In this document: positions 19,480 through 29,817 of the stretch, in pieces
Numbering within the stretch: position 1 is the first letter of the stretch
How the letters are laid out: each line of letters starts with the position of its first letter
Source of the DNA: an archaeon
Lineage (GTDB): Archaea; Asgardarchaeota; Thorarchaeia; Thorarchaeales; Thorarchaeaceae
Assembly: GCA_024276825.1 (NCBI GenBank)
Contig: JAJRWI010000044.1
Location: 1-64,000, forward strand
Length of the DNA stretch: 64,000 nucleotides
Direction of reading: 5' to 3'
Program-made: the position numbers and the translations under genes
Notes under the pieces: generated by a model
The model's database searches: none
The model's input: the letters and a program-made list of their open reading frames with translations, nothing else
What the model was told of the DNA's origin: nothing

Positions 19480-19527
19480 ATCAATAATGGCACTGAATTA
19501 GGCGATAATTTAATCATTTCGTTACAA

Positions 19528-20348
19528 TTAATTCTCATATTTACTCTGAAGATATTTTACAGGCCCTAAGAATATTCCCTCAGTGCTATACACTTTTGAT
19601 TTATTGATATCAACACAATGATTGCTAAATATTGGCCCAATCAGACTTCCAGCTGGTTTGTTTATTGCAACACCCTGAACAATTGGATTAAAACTTGGGA
19701 TGTTAAGGAGCACACCCTCTGAATCTTCCTCTATCTCACTGACTCCGAGGTTCCGACGAATGCAGTTCTTGTTCAGTTGTGATTGAATGACCACAGGGAC
19801 TCTCTCACTCCTTCGTGTGAGCATTGTTTCAGATCTTGGGAGTCTGACTCGTTTGACCCTTTCAATTGCTGGGTGACCATGTCCTGAATAATGATCTTTG
19901 CTCTCAACACTTCTACAGATGGCCATGCATGACCATGAATCAGTCCAATTACAGGGTCATGATTAACGACAGTGCCATGCACGTCCGTCACAATCACACC
20001 TCTTGGCAATAATGACTCAAGTCCACCATCATGGTTTCCTAGGACAACAGTGACAGATACGAGTTCTAGTAACCCCTCCATAAACTCGGGAACAACCTCC
20101 CAATTATATGCCCTGTCCATCTCAATTGTATGTTTGACATCACCAATGATGAACAGGTCTTCCGAATTGTGCTTTTCAATCAACTCACTAATTCGATTAA
20201 GCATCGCAAGATGTTGTGAATGAACGCTAACTCCTACCTGTCTGGCAAGAGTTATGTGATACCCCAAATGCAAATCAGAGATGACCAATTTTGTTGTATC
20301 CCCATTAATGATGACTACTGCCCGATTATCGAGAATTACTTGGCTCAT
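19528..20348 (-). pseudogene. metallophosphoesterase (COG1407-like), frameshifted near 19888
   Basis: SDLHLG, GDVKH, GNHD and HGH in one frame; GHGHP and IPSFNP continue in another frame. Confidence 0.75.
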
Positions 20349-20443
20349 TTCATCACTCCGATGATATAGAATCCTATAGTCTAGCAATAATAGAAAATGG
20401 AGTTATATTTTAAGATGATTATCACTATCAAGTATCGAGCAAG

Positions 20444-20830
20444 ATGCTACTCTCTCTCAAAGAAATAAGAACTCTATCAAAAGAGGTCCTTGAACAAAGC
20501 GATATAGAATATTTTCAAGACAAATACGGTAAACGCTTTGTCAGGGCAATGAGGGCTGTTGAAGAGGGAAAGGTCAGAAAATATCATTTCTCCCCGAGCA
20601 GAGTCATTCGCTGGACTGTGGTTGGACGTTCAAAGGAATATCTTGTTATTCCCGAGGTGTTTTGTTCCTGCAGGGACTTTTACCAATCTGTCGTTATTCA
20701 GAGAAACTCAAAGATGTGCTACCATCTTCTTGCTCAGAAAATAGGAGAGATCAGGGGTCAATTCACGGTGCTCAACATGACTGATGCTGACAGACGAAGG
20801 TTATATCATGTCTGGCGTAAGGTGAGCTGA
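20444..20830 (+). CDS. SWIM zinc finger protein
   Basis: FCSCRDF...MCYHLLA (CxC-n-CxH). Confidence 0.85.
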   Translation: MLLSLKEIRTLSKEVLEQSDIEYFQDKYGKRFVRAMRAVEEGKVRKYHFSPSRVIRWTVVGRSKEYLVIPEVFCSCRDFYQSVVIQRNSKMCYHLLAQKIGEIRGQFTVLNMTDADRRRLYHVWRKVS

Positions 20831-20927
20831 TCAGCAATTACCAGTACGAGTCTAATACAATGTGAAAGGTTTAAAACGTGCTTGGGGCTGAGGCACTCAG
20901 CTCAAGCAAGACCTCGGAAGGAGCACT

Positions 20928-22031
20928 ATGTATCGGACAAAGTCGATTAGAATTGGTATGCTTGCATTAGCACTCATGCTGATATTGACAACCATCCCCC
21001 CAAGCGTCACTGCCCAGACCGATGATTTAGACACAGTTGTGGTTCTGTATGATCAGAGTCACCAACAACAGTTTGATGCTTTTGATGAGCGTGGGTTTAA
21101 ATTAATGCTTGACAAGGTCAATGCATCAACAAGATATATAGTGCGAGTGAATGAGGACGAACCTCTCAATGATACTATACTAAAAGATGTGGACATTCTC
21201 ATAATAGCTGACCCTGACAAGGCTGCAGAATTCGAATCTGAAGAGATTGAAGGAATCTCAGAATTTCTTACCAACGGCAGTTCTCTCATGCTACTTGGTG
21301 ATCCTACCATCTCCCAGAACTCAACCTATTGGGCTGAACAGCCATTTCAAGACTTGGGTGAAAACATTGCTATTAACAAGCTACTGGACTCGCTCAATAT
21401 AACAGGGGTCCGATTTAGCCTGAATGAAACTCATGACAGAATATGGGCCGATACAATGTTTGACTATGATCACGCATTTAATGAAACAGTACCTTGGTTA
21501 ATCGAGTTTGACTCCACAACATGGGTTTCAACACATCCAATATTCAAAGACATCAACACATTACTCTCTATGACTGCTACATTAAAACCATTGGATGACC
21601 CAACTGTTATAGCACGTGGTTATGACACATCTTTTGCCCAATTCAGACGTGGCCCCTACACTTGGGGAAACATCTCATATCCAAACATGACCTTGGACGA
21701 CTTCCAAGAAATGCCATACTCATACTCAGCAATCAATGGTACACTCCCGCCATGGATGTCAGCATTTGAGTACGAAAACGCTAGGATAATAATTAGCGGT
21801 TCAGCAATAATGTTTACTGGACGAGAACTGGATCTCCCCGAAACCGACTCCCGTTACGAGTCACAATGGTTCTATATGGCTGATAACTCAAGACTGTTCA
21901 TGAACATGCTCGACTGGTTGTCAGAGGGTTTCACGGACCCACCAAGTGCAATTGTTCCAATGACATTACTCTCAACAACAATTCTGGTTGTTGGTGTTGT
22001 CTACTATATATTCAAGAAATTACGACGATGA
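20928..22031 (+). CDS. type I membrane protein with GIFT domain (Wbp1/OST48/IFT52-like)
   Basis: Signal peptide, VLYDQSH, NARIIISGS, DNSRLFMNMLDWL, C-terminal TM plus KKLRR. Confidence 0.7.
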   Translation: MYRTKSIRIGMLALALMLILTTIPPSVTAQTDDLDTVVVLYDQSHQQQFDAFDERGFKLMLDKVNASTRYIVRVNEDEPLNDTILKDVDILIIADPDKAAEFESEEIEGISEFLTNGSSLMLLGDPTISQNSTYWAEQPFQDLGENIAINKLLDSLNITGVRFSLNETHDRIWADTMFDYDHAFNETVPWLIEFDSTTWVSTHPIFKDINTLLSMTATLKPLDDPTVIARGYDTSFAQFRRGPYTWGNISYPNMTLDDFQEMPYSYSAINGTLPPWMSAFEYENARIIISGSAIMFTGRELDLPETDSRYESQWFYMADNSRLFMNMLDWLSEGFTDPPSAIVPMTLLSTTILVVGVVYYIFKKLRR

Positions 22032-22121
22032 TTAACCAACCAACATCAAATCAAGAGAATAGCAAGTTTCAGCAATACTACTGAATCTTACACTCTATCA
22101 ATCAAAAATGGGTCTGACAAA

Positions 22122-22742
22122 TCACCACTCAGGCCTTTTCAATCCCCCTGCTTTCAACACATCATTGATTGTCTGCTTTAATTGATCCGTCCCAACCCGT
22201 TTCTTGGCACAAGTTGGGACTATGATTGGCTCTTGATGTGATACGGCTTCCAACATCCTCTCACGAAGAAATTGTAATTCATCATCAAGTTGTTTCTTTT
22301 TCAGCTTATCAATCTTATTTGCTACAATCACAACTCTCGGTGAAACCTCTGACAGAAAACCATAGAACTCAATATCAATTGGAATCTCTCCCCGGTTGTC
22401 CCAACGCTCATACAATATTCTAAATAGTGAAATATCAAGAATCAAGACAGACACGGCTATCTTCGGGCTCCACTCCTCAAGCCTGTGCACTATGGCTGTC
22501 TTTGTTTCTTCAATGAACTCCTTGCTCTGACCAGCCATGTGACCAAAACCTGCCATGTCCGCCAACAGATATGCCCCTAGATCAATGAATTGTTCCCGTC
22601 TTGTGCTCCCAGGCTTCTTTCCAACCCTAACTCTCTTTCCAGTCAGTGCCCTGATTGTACTACTTTTTCCCACATTGCTCCTACCAACGAAAACAATCAG
22701 TTTCTTTGTCCGATCAATTCCAGAATGGTCGCGTTCTTGCAT
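22122..22742 (-). CDS. engB: GTP-binding protein EngB/YihA
   Basis: GRSNVGKSS, GKKPGST, DMAGFG, NKID. Confidence 0.9.
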   Translation of the reverse strand: MQERDHSGIDRTKKLIVFVGRSNVGKSSTIRALTGKRVRVGKKPGSTRREQFIDLGAYLLADMAGFGHMAGQSKEFIEETKTAIVHRLEEWSPKIAVSVLILDISLFRILYERWDNRGEIPIDIEFYGFLSEVSPRVVIVANKIDKLKKKQLDDELQFLRERMLEAVSHQEPIIVPTCAKKRVGTDQLKQTINDVLKAGGLKRPEW

Positions 22743-25557
22743 ATTCTCTCTCCGCCTTAGCAATCAGCCTTAACAGATCAATCCTGCATAGTCCAGGCCG
22801 TAGTATTCGTGATGCTCCCTTTGGACCAATGCCTCTACCTGCCATAACAATCAAGGCTTGTTTGCCATAGTTTGCCACAAGGGTTGCTACTAAGTCTGCA
22901 TTCTTAAACCTCTTTTCATCCTCCTGAGATAATAGATTTCCTCTTCGAACCATCTGTACAATCTTGAGCAGTCGCGAATCGTTCGGAAAAGTCACTGCAA
23001 TCCTCTTTGAGCCGCAGAGTGGGCATTTCACATTATGACTTATCGTCTTTAGGGTCCTAATAGAACTCCAATCGCCATCGCCCATGCAAACCAGCTTTAT
23101 CCTCTTTGAAAGAATTCTTTCCTCAAGTAGTCTAAGAACCTCCTCTTCCTCTGTTATTTCTCCGATGACTTCGAAACGGGTACGTTCCTCTATGACCATC
23201 TTTGCAAATGGTGAGGGGGTGTCTGTCTTTACAACCCTGATGTTTATGCATCCATCATGCACTCCCTTGAACACAGAAATTACCCGCTTTTCATCTAGCT
23301 TCTCATCAAGGACCTCCCTCATGGTTTCAACGAATACAGGTGTTCCTTCGAACGATTGTATAATGCGCCTGACTGGAATCTCCTTGATCTTTGCATCTCT
23401 CTTGATAATCCCCATCCTTCTACCAACATGGATAAATCGCGATGCAAAAGTCTGAGTCCTCTTTACTGCTAGTCTTAGAATTTCAGATATCTGTTCAGTG
23501 CTATATTCATTAAAAATATCTACAACATGTTCCGGATTTATCATGTCCTCTCCTATAAACACAATTCTATATGGGTCGCGCTCAAAACCAATATCTTTTC
23601 CAACTCGTGTTGTGAGTAATGCTGAGAGTATTATTCCAAAGGTTTCGTTGGCCCTTGTTCCAAATGGTGCATGAAGAACAACTCCTTCTCCAAAGTCCTC
23701 AACTATCAATCTCTTTTTTGATGGGAAGCATCCAAGTATACTCTTACAAGAATCCAACGAATCAATGATGAATTCGTAAACATCTTTTGAGATGTGATAT
23801 CTGGAACTCAGATGAGTGGTGAGTCTGCTTGGATCTTTATCAGAATAGAGGGCCCATAGGTCAGCAACCTCACTTGCAACCTCATAAGGAACTGGTATCA
23901 TTTCTCCAATCCATCTTGGGGCCTCAGAATCAGAATCACTGGCAGATGCACATATCACCTCCTCATTCTCAATTGAAACCACAAACCATGGTCTACCCCT
24001 GATTACAAAAACATCCCCCACATCTAGATTGTCCGCCACATAATCCTCATCGAGTACACCTATTGGGCTTCTAGTAGTGATATCCACCACTTGTATTTGT
24101 CGTGTGTCTGGAATTGTTGAGAGGTTCTCATAATAGAACACTCTTGTTCTTCCAGTCATCTTAAATCTAGTTCCCTCCTCTCGGATGAACCCCCTATCAA
24201 TCATGAATCTAAGAATGTCATTGAACTCCGCTTCACTCAGTTTTGAGTATGGATATGACCTTTTAATAAGATCATGTAAGTCACTATATTCCATTTCACC
24301 GATATCTAAAAGCACCCCGCATATCTGATGCATCAGCACATCTCTTGGCCTAAGCGGAATTGACGCTCTCTCAACCTTATTTGATAATGCCCGCCTTATG
24401 ATAACTACTGACTCGAGAATATCGTCTAAATTATATGTTGTCAGGATTACTCCTCTTGAAGTCTGCCTCACTCCATGTCCTGCCCTCCCCATTCTTTGCA
24501 ATGCTCTCATAACAACTCTGGGTGAAGAGTATTGAATCACAAAATCAGCGGACCCTATATCAATTCCAAGTTCAAGACTCGAGGTTGCAATGATAGCTCT
24601 GGAATGTCCCTCCTTCAATCGCTTCTCAGCAGCCATTCTGCTCTCCTTTGATAATGAGCCATGATGGATGTCAAACTTGAAGGATGGTTTCATAGAACTA
24701 ATCTTTGACCCCAACACCTCAGCAAATGATCGTGTATTGACAAAGACAATAGTAGTTGTGTATTGCTCTATCAGGCTCATAATACGTCTTAATCTTGCTG
24801 TGGAATGCTTTGGATATCTAATTCTCCTTGAAATTCTAATGTCCTCTTCTGAGGGGATTGGGCTTTCGACCCTGACATCTAACCTCCTGCTCTCATATCC
24901 TGCCCAGACTATGTTTACTGTCCTGCCAATACCCCCTAAGAAAATCGCAACCTCTTTTGGATTGCCCACAGTTGCTGAGAGTCCAATCCTCTGAATGGGC
25001 CTTTCCACCAACTTCTCGAGTCGTTCTAGTCCAAGACTCAACTGTGTGCCTCTCTTGCCATTTGCAAGCTCATGAACCTCATCTACCACTACTGCAAATA
25101 CTGTTCTTAAATGATATTTGAGCCTCTTTCCAGGCAATATGGCCTGAAGGCTTTCTGGTGTTGTTATCAATATATTGGGCGGTGTTATTGCCTGCTTTCT
25201 TCTCAAATATTTAGTAGTGTCTCCGTGTCGCACGTCAATTGTAAGATTCAGATGTTTGCAGAGCTCTTTAATGCGATTGAAAACATCCCTATTCAGGGCT
25301 CTTAGGGGTGTGATGTATATTATATAAAACCCAAAGAGGCCACCCTCTCTTCCCTTCATCTTTGATAGACGATATAATAGTGGCAGCAATGCAGCCTCTG
25401 TCTTACCACTTCCTGTAGGGGCGAGCAATAACACGTTCTCTCCCCGCAAAACTCTAGGAATGCCTTTTTTTTGAATTTGACTGAACTCAACAATGCCATG
25501 CCTTTCTAGGAAACCTCGAACCTCTCCCAGAATGTCTGTTTCACTCATACTGGCCAT
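22714..25557 (-). CDS. lhr: Lhr-like ATP-dependent helicase
   Basis: APTGSGKT, DEVH, SAT, LELGIDIG, QRMGRAGH, C-terminal Cys cluster. Confidence 0.93.
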   Translation of the reverse strand: MASMSETDILGEVRGFLERHGIVEFSQIQKKGIPRVLRGENVLLLAPTGSGKTEAALLPLLYRLSKMKGREGGLFGFYIIYITPLRALNRDVFNRIKELCKHLNLTIDVRHGDTTKYLRRKQAITPPNILITTPESLQAILPGKRLKYHLRTVFAVVVDEVHELANGKRGTQLSLGLERLEKLVERPIQRIGLSATVGNPKEVAIFLGGIGRTVNIVWAGYESRRLDVRVESPIPSEEDIRISRRIRYPKHSTARLRRIMSLIEQYTTTIVFVNTRSFAEVLGSKISSMKPSFKFDIHHGSLSKESRMAAEKRLKEGHSRAIIATSSLELGIDIGSADFVIQYSSPRVVMRALQRMGRAGHGVRQTSRGVILTTYNLDDILESVVIIRRALSNKVERASIPLRPRDVLMHQICGVLLDIGEMEYSDLHDLIKRSYPYSKLSEAEFNDILRFMIDRGFIREEGTRFKMTGRTRVFYYENLSTIPDTRQIQVVDITTRSPIGVLDEDYVADNLDVGDVFVIRGRPWFVVSIENEEVICASASDSDSEAPRWIGEMIPVPYEVASEVADLWALYSDKDPSRLTTHLSSRYHISKDVYEFIIDSLDSCKSILGCFPSKKRLIVEDFGEGVVLHAPFGTRANETFGIILSALLTTRVGKDIGFERDPYRIVFIGEDMINPEHVVDIFNEYSTEQISEILRLAVKRTQTFASRFIHVGRRMGIIKRDAKIKEIPVRRIIQSFEGTPVFVETMREVLDEKLDEKRVISVFKGVHDGCINIRVVKTDTPSPFAKMVIEERTRFEVIGEITEEEEVLRLLEERILSKRIKLVCMGDGDWSSIRTLKTISHNVKCPLCGSKRIAVTFPNDSRLLKIVQMVRRGNLLSQEDEKRFKNADLVATLVANYGKQALIVMAGRGIGPKGASRILRPGLCRIDLLRLIAKAEREYARTRPFWN

Positions 25558-25775
25558 TTCCTGCGAAGCGACAATATCTCATTAATCAAGATCTGAATAT
25601 CTGTTCTCAGTGTTATCTCAGCGTCATCCCTTTTCACTTCGAGCCTCTGTAACGCATTATCTATATCACTGCAGCTCGATAACACATCATCTATAATATC
25701 CCTGACTTGGCTCAAATTTGTAATATGTGCTGCAATATTCTTAAATGCACTCTGAACTAGACTGACTAGAGCCAT
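25545..25775 (-). CDS. hypothetical helical protein
   Basis: 76-aa ORF overlapping the lhr start. Confidence 0.6.
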   Translation of the reverse strand: MALVSLVQSAFKNIAAHITNLSQVRDIIDDVLSSCSDIDNALQRLEVKRDDAEITLRTDIQILINEILSLRRKWPV

Positions 25776-25795
25776 CGGGAGATCACTCCCGAGAG

Positions 25796-25909
25796 TTATT
25801 CTTCCTCCTCTTCACCGTAGATCATGTATCCCAGTATTAGTAGGAGTGCAAAAACACCCATTACTGCAAGAATGACAGGTATTAACGATTGCAGGAAATT
25901 TGTTTGCAT
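25796..25909 (-). CDS. 37-aa single-pass membrane microprotein (not in ORF track)
   Basis: MQTNFLQSLIPVILAVMGVFALLLILGYMIYGEEEEE*, GAGGAG upstream, co-oriented with neighbours. Confidence 0.65.
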   Translation of the reverse strand: MQTNFLQSLIPVILAVMGVFALLLILGYMIYGEEEEE

Positions 25910-25963
25910 GAGAATCCCGCTCCTCTGGAATCTGACTACTTATAATCATTGCTGAATTAATGA

Positions 25964-26215
25964 CTACTCCTCCTCTGACCTCTCCTTGTAATACTCGTCA
26001 ATGAAAGTACCATAGACATCTACAGCCTCAGTAAGAGGATTGACCTCATCAATGATCATCTCAAGCCCGCAGGCACCACACTTGACACTCGCAAACTGCT
26101 TTTCCTTATACACCTCGATCTTGATTGCAGTGTTCCCACATTCAGGACAATCATACACATCAGGAATTCTCTTCTGCGGTCTTTTCCTGACCTTCTGTCT
26201 ACGTCGTCTTCCCAA
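25964..26215 (-). CDS. elf1: transcription elongation factor Elf1
   Basis: GRRRR..., CPECG, CGACG, VDVY..FID. Confidence 0.92.
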   Translation of the reverse strand: MGRRRRQKVRKRPQKRIPDVYDCPECGNTAIKIEVYKEKQFASVKCGACGLEMIIDEVNPLTEAVDVYGTFIDEYYKERSEEE

Positions 26216-26376
26216 ATTGTTCACCTATTCCTATTTCACATATTGTGGACATGGCCCTGAAGAAATAGAGCGGTTTCAACCACTCCTGATTTGATTTAAG
26301 CATTATGTTGAGTGAAGATCACTGTCAAATTTTAGTTGAATAGAAGGCTTCATATTATGGTCTGACTGCGACAAGA

Positions 26377-26613
26377 TTGATGACCGAACTGACAAAAAAC
26401 GCAGAGTGCATTTTGCGTATTCTGGAATCCGCAGACTCTCTAACAACATCGGAAATTCTAGAACGTGCCCGCCTACCCGAGTATGCAGATATCTGTCAGG
26501 ACTGTGCGGGTGGCGATGCCTTTGTTGTTGCTGCAAACCAACTGGTAGAGGCCGGACTGATTAAGAAGAAGTTTGGTAAGGGCGGATATCGCTGGTCACT
26601 ATTGAGGGAGTAA
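26377..26613 (+). CDS. small winged-helix-like protein with CxxC
   Basis: ILRILE..LTTSEI, CQDC, LVEAGLI..GGYRW. Confidence 0.6.
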   Translation: MMTELTKNAECILRILESADSLTTSEILERARLPEYADICQDCAGGDAFVVAANQLVEAGLIKKKFGKGGYRWSLLRE

Positions 26614-26615
26614 CC

Positions 26616-27857
26616 ATGGTCGATTGGGCAAAGATACGCGAGGACTTTCCAGTACTGAAGCGAATCATCAATGGTAGACCCTTAGTTTACCTTGATAGCG
26701 CATGCATGTCTCTTAAGCCTATTCAAGTATTAGAGGCTATGAATGAGTATTATGAGAAATACCCCGCTTGTGCCGGTCGAAGTATTCACAAACTTGGTGA
26801 AGAGGCATCAAACGCGTATTCAGATGCCCGAGGTAAGTTTGCCAGATTTATCAATGCTGCAGAACCTGAAGAATGCATTTGGACTAGGAATGCAACAGAA
26901 TCGCTCAACATAGTAGCAAATTGCGTGCATCTTGAAAAGGGCGATAAAATAGTGACAACCTCGCTCGAACATCACAGTGGTTCATTGCCATTTGTTGAAA
27001 GAGCACGTCGAGATGGACTTGAACTCGTGGTAGTTGAGGCAAAATCTGATGGGACCTTTGACATTGAAGACTGGAAGCAGGCCATTGATAATAAGGTCCG
27101 TCTAATATCAGTTGTTCACTCATCCAATGTGACTGGAACCATTGCACCCATGAAGGAGATAGTGGAGATTGCACACGATCGGGGCGCTCTTGTTATGTCA
27201 GACGATGCCCAGTATGCCCCACACCACCCACTAGATGTTCAAGCCCTTGATATCGACTTCTCAGCAATCTCAGTTCACAAGATGTGCGGCCCTACTGGTG
27301 TCGGTGTCCTCTATGGCAAGCTGGATCTGCTAAAGAGCATGGACATGTTCTTAGTTGGTGGTGATACGGTGAGTGATGTGCGTTATGAAGACCACAAGAT
27401 CATTCCAGAGTATCTTCCTCCTCCTGAGAAATTCGAGGCAGGGCTTCAAAACTATGCAGGCGCTATCGGTGCTGGTGCAGCTGCTGAATATCTTATGGCC
27501 ATAGGACTTAAGGAAGTGGAGCGACACGAAAGGTCCCTCCTATCATATGTACTTGATGAATTGAAAGATCTTGGTCATGTACGATTCCTTGGCACTGATG
27601 ACATCAACATAAAGACTGGTCTTGTGACATTTTCAATTGACACTATAGAATCTGCACATGATATTGCAACCTTCTTGAATGAAGAGTTTAGTGTGATGGT
27701 AAGAAGCGGTGCCCACTGCACTCACCCATTCCATTATCAGATGAATATACCCCCATCAAAAGGCACTGCTAGGGCCAGCTTCTATCTATATAATAACAAG
27801 GGTGATGCAGATATATTTCTTGAAGGCATTCGGGCCCTGATTGAGGCAAGTTCCTAA
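26616..27857 (+). CDS. sufS: cysteine desulfurase (SufS/CsdA)
   Basis: YLDSA, EHHS, HKMCGPTG, FEAG, RSGAHC. Confidence 0.92.
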   Translation: MVDWAKIREDFPVLKRIINGRPLVYLDSACMSLKPIQVLEAMNEYYEKYPACAGRSIHKLGEEASNAYSDARGKFARFINAAEPEECIWTRNATESLNIVANCVHLEKGDKIVTTSLEHHSGSLPFVERARRDGLELVVVEAKSDGTFDIEDWKQAIDNKVRLISVVHSSNVTGTIAPMKEIVEIAHDRGALVMSDDAQYAPHHPLDVQALDIDFSAISVHKMCGPTGVGVLYGKLDLLKSMDMFLVGGDTVSDVRYEDHKIIPEYLPPPEKFEAGLQNYAGAIGAGAAAEYLMAIGLKEVERHERSLLSYVLDELKDLGHVRFLGTDDINIKTGLVTFSIDTIESAHDIATFLNEEFSVMVRSGAHCTHPFHYQMNIPPSKGTARASFYLYNNKGDADIFLEGIRALIEASS

Positions 27858-29632
27858 TTAATCATACTATCAAGCTTCTCTCTTACCCTCTTGCTCTCCT
27901 CAACAATATCTGGAAACTCGACATAATTAGCAGTGACCTCAAGCTCATTTCGCAATCGATTTCTGCTTACTCTTCCTCTGATTAATACAAACTTACCAAG
28001 AATGCGATCCTGCAGCAACTCGGTGGGACTCATCTCCCCACCCTTACCTCTTTCAATCAACTCACTAGCCTCTCTTGCACTTATCGACATTAATCGTTCA
28101 GCTGTATTTCCAAATAGGGTTACCATAATAGTTTCTGAACCATCATCGACTCGAATGGAATATGCGAAACGGTAGTCAGGTTGTTCTACCTCTCCACAGG
28201 TTGGGCAGAAATGCTTACCTCTGTCCTCATTGACCTTTTTATTGCACTTTGGGCACGCCAGATAGATTGGCCTAGTTTGAGACATGGTGACAATGATCCC
28301 CCTAATCTCTACAGTCTTTCCATCCAGCTCTTCATCTATCTCCTTAATCTCCACTGGTTTTGCAACCATGAATGTTTGTTTAGAGAGGTTTCCAACATCT
28401 AATTCCATGAGATTGGAGTCCTGTGGATTTATCTCAATCTCTGCTCTCCTGCCTGCTTGAAGCTCAATACTCCCCTCCCTCTCTTTAGTGTAAGCATGAC
28501 AAATTCGAATAACATCACCTACCTGCAATTCAGCAACCTTGTCTACTGCCTCATTCCAAAAAGTAACTCGAAGCTCTTGCAAGTCCTCATCTACAACTAT
28601 AATGTTCTGTACCTTGCCCTCACGTTCATCCTTCTTCCACTCCCTTGCTGGAAACATCCTGACAACTTTCCCTTCAACATCAACGTCTCTCATGTCAGGG
28701 GTCAGTTCCTTTATTCGTCTTAGCCCAAGACTCTCACTAAAACCTGCATCAGCACTGATCTCGACTGACTCGAGCTCACCCTCTATCCTCCTCTCTATTA
28801 CCGCAGAGCGCCCACTATGCACCTCAACAGCTCCATCTCTTGAACTCCGAGTATAGGCGCCACTGATTCTGATTACCTCTCCGACCTGCACATCCCTCAT
28901 CTGTTCTGCAAAGTCATCCCAAAACACAATGCGAATAGAACCTGTGTCATCTGCCCCTATGACACTAAGGACCTTGCCCTCAGAACCATCACTCTTGCGA
29001 ATGAACGTGCTTAGATTAAAGACTCGTGTTATCTTTGCCAGTACGGTGACATCATACATCCCCTCAGTCAGATCTTTGATCTTTGTACTTTCAGGCAGTG
29101 CGAGTTCAGTATTAAACTCTTCTAACTCATAATCCTCAAGTACTCTAATGGAACCCATACGTCCAATGTTCAATTCAAGAGAGTCACGAAGCCCCTTCTT
29201 GACATATCCTCCACGAATCTGAACGACATCTCCTTTGTTTATGTGCCCTTCTGAGATGGCCCTAGTCATATCGTCCCAAAGTACAACACGAATTGTACCT
29301 GTACTATCCCCAACCAGCAAGCTGGCCACTCTGCCTTCACTGCCATCCCTTCGTCTAAATGTTCTCATAGTGTCAAGTCGTATGACTCTTGCAATCAATG
29401 CCACATTTCGTTTGTCCTCAGTGATATCCTCAACTCTAAATTGCCCTCTTGATGAGTCTTGTAGGAGGTCTACTCCCAGTTCTCTTGCTACTATCATTGC
29501 AGCAGCTTCATCATTAATCACATCTGGCCCCAACTCTTCACGCTTTTCTTTAATCATAGTCAGGATGTCTTTTCTATCGTATTGTGGGTGATGCTTCAAA
29601 ATTCTCTCAATTATTTCTTCAAGCGAATGCAT
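27854..29632 (-). CDS. rpa: replication protein A large subunit (4 OB folds plus Zn finger)
   Basis: Repeated DxTGxIRxVxW OB motifs, ACPKCNKKV..CPTC. Confidence 0.92.
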   Translation of the reverse strand: MHSLEEIIERILKHHPQYDRKDILTMIKEKREELGPDVINDEAAAMIVARELGVDLLQDSSRGQFRVEDITEDKRNVALIARVIRLDTMRTFRRRDGSEGRVASLLVGDSTGTIRVVLWDDMTRAISEGHINKGDVVQIRGGYVKKGLRDSLELNIGRMGSIRVLEDYELEEFNTELALPESTKIKDLTEGMYDVTVLAKITRVFNLSTFIRKSDGSEGKVLSVIGADDTGSIRIVFWDDFAEQMRDVQVGEVIRISGAYTRSSRDGAVEVHSGRSAVIERRIEGELESVEISADAGFSESLGLRRIKELTPDMRDVDVEGKVVRMFPAREWKKDEREGKVQNIIVVDEDLQELRVTFWNEAVDKVAELQVGDVIRICHAYTKEREGSIELQAGRRAEIEINPQDSNLMELDVGNLSKQTFMVAKPVEIKEIDEELDGKTVEIRGIIVTMSQTRPIYLACPKCNKKVNEDRGKHFCPTCGEVEQPDYRFAYSIRVDDGSETIMVTLFGNTAERLMSISAREASELIERGKGGEMSPTELLQDRILGKFVLIRGRVSRNRLRNELEVTANYVEFPDIVEESKRVREKLDSMIN

Positions 29633-29817
29633 TTGTCACCATTCCTGTCACTAAATTGAGCAGTGTTCTCACATTGATTTCATCATTATCACCTATAAAA
29701 TTCCCCACTCTAAAGTTCCGAGCTATTTGGGCATTGCTTGGCCTTTCTCTCCATCCAATGAAATCGAAAACCTGTTCTGCCGAAAGACACAATACTCATC
29801 ATTAACAAGCAAGTCAT

